64,000 nucleotides of DNA from Octopus sinensis (taxonomy: Eukaryota). Position 1 is the stretch's first letter. Each line of letters begins with the position of its first letter. Below, one piece after another: positions 63,546 through 64,000 of the stretch. The translations under genes and the position numbers were made by a program. The stretch spans positions 72,230,001 to 72,294,000 of the forward strand of contig NC_042999.1 of the NCBI RefSeq assembly GCF_006345805.1, given 5' to 3'. The notes under the pieces are model-generated. The model saw nothing but the letters and a program-made list of their open reading frames with translations, was not told the origin of the DNA and made no database searches.

Positions 63546-64000
63546 GAAGCAGACCTGTTGACATTGGAGAATTTTTACAGAAATGACCCTGTACGTATAA
63601 ATACACAAATTGAAAGCTAGAGAAGAATATAAAAAAATTAAATACCTTTACAAAATTTTTTATCAGAAATCGTCACAACTGTAATGATGTATACATTCGT
63701 GTGTGTCTGTAAATAACTGGTTACTAAGTTATTACGTCAGAACGCCAGACACAGGAAGTTGACATTGACAAAATGGTTTGAGGAAGTGAAACTTTATCAT
63801 ATATATAAAGTAATATTATTTATTTTTAATAGAATATTAAATCATTATTATTTCCAAGATTAAATTATTCATATACTCCAAGTATGGTACGGATTGATCT
63901 AGAGGTTTGACCATACATAGAGGACACACACACAGACTGCGTATGTTGTGTGTTTATATATATGGTATTATGAGACAGGCTGCATTGTAGTGAAGGATCG

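Noticed and set aside
63073-63547. Poly-Ser/Asp and poly-Leu ORFs
   Set aside because: They derive from a trinucleotide microsatellite adjoining a SINE head.

Overview
AT-rich, microsatellite-saturated eukaryotic DNA. The SINE types and repeat landscape resemble an octopus or other coleoid cephalopod genome (inference). No host protein-coding gene can be supported, and most ORF-track entries are translations of simple repeats. The background consists of tRNA-headed SINEs, decayed mariner, hAT, CR1-like and Penelope-like relics, MITEs and long palindromes. The main feature is a ~19.5-kb head-to-tail retroelement concatemer at 36153-55656. It has seven near-identical ~1.77-kb ORF1-only units (A1-A7), one divergent 1.9-kb ORF1-only unit (B) and one full-length 5.2-kb L1/Tx1-like LINE (C: ORF1 plus APE-RT-zinc finger ORF2). 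All three unit types share a 5' terminus (consensus GCGTGTCGGAAAT) and a ~50-nt 3' terminus, and they join with no poly(A) and no spacer. The whole train is flanked by one short duplication (AACA) and interrupts an older fourth ORF1 paralogue, whose reading frame is restored when the array is removed. That paralogue may itself lie inside a Helitron-like element. Scattered homopolymer indels suggest a noisy long-read assembly, so many frameshifts may be artefacts.
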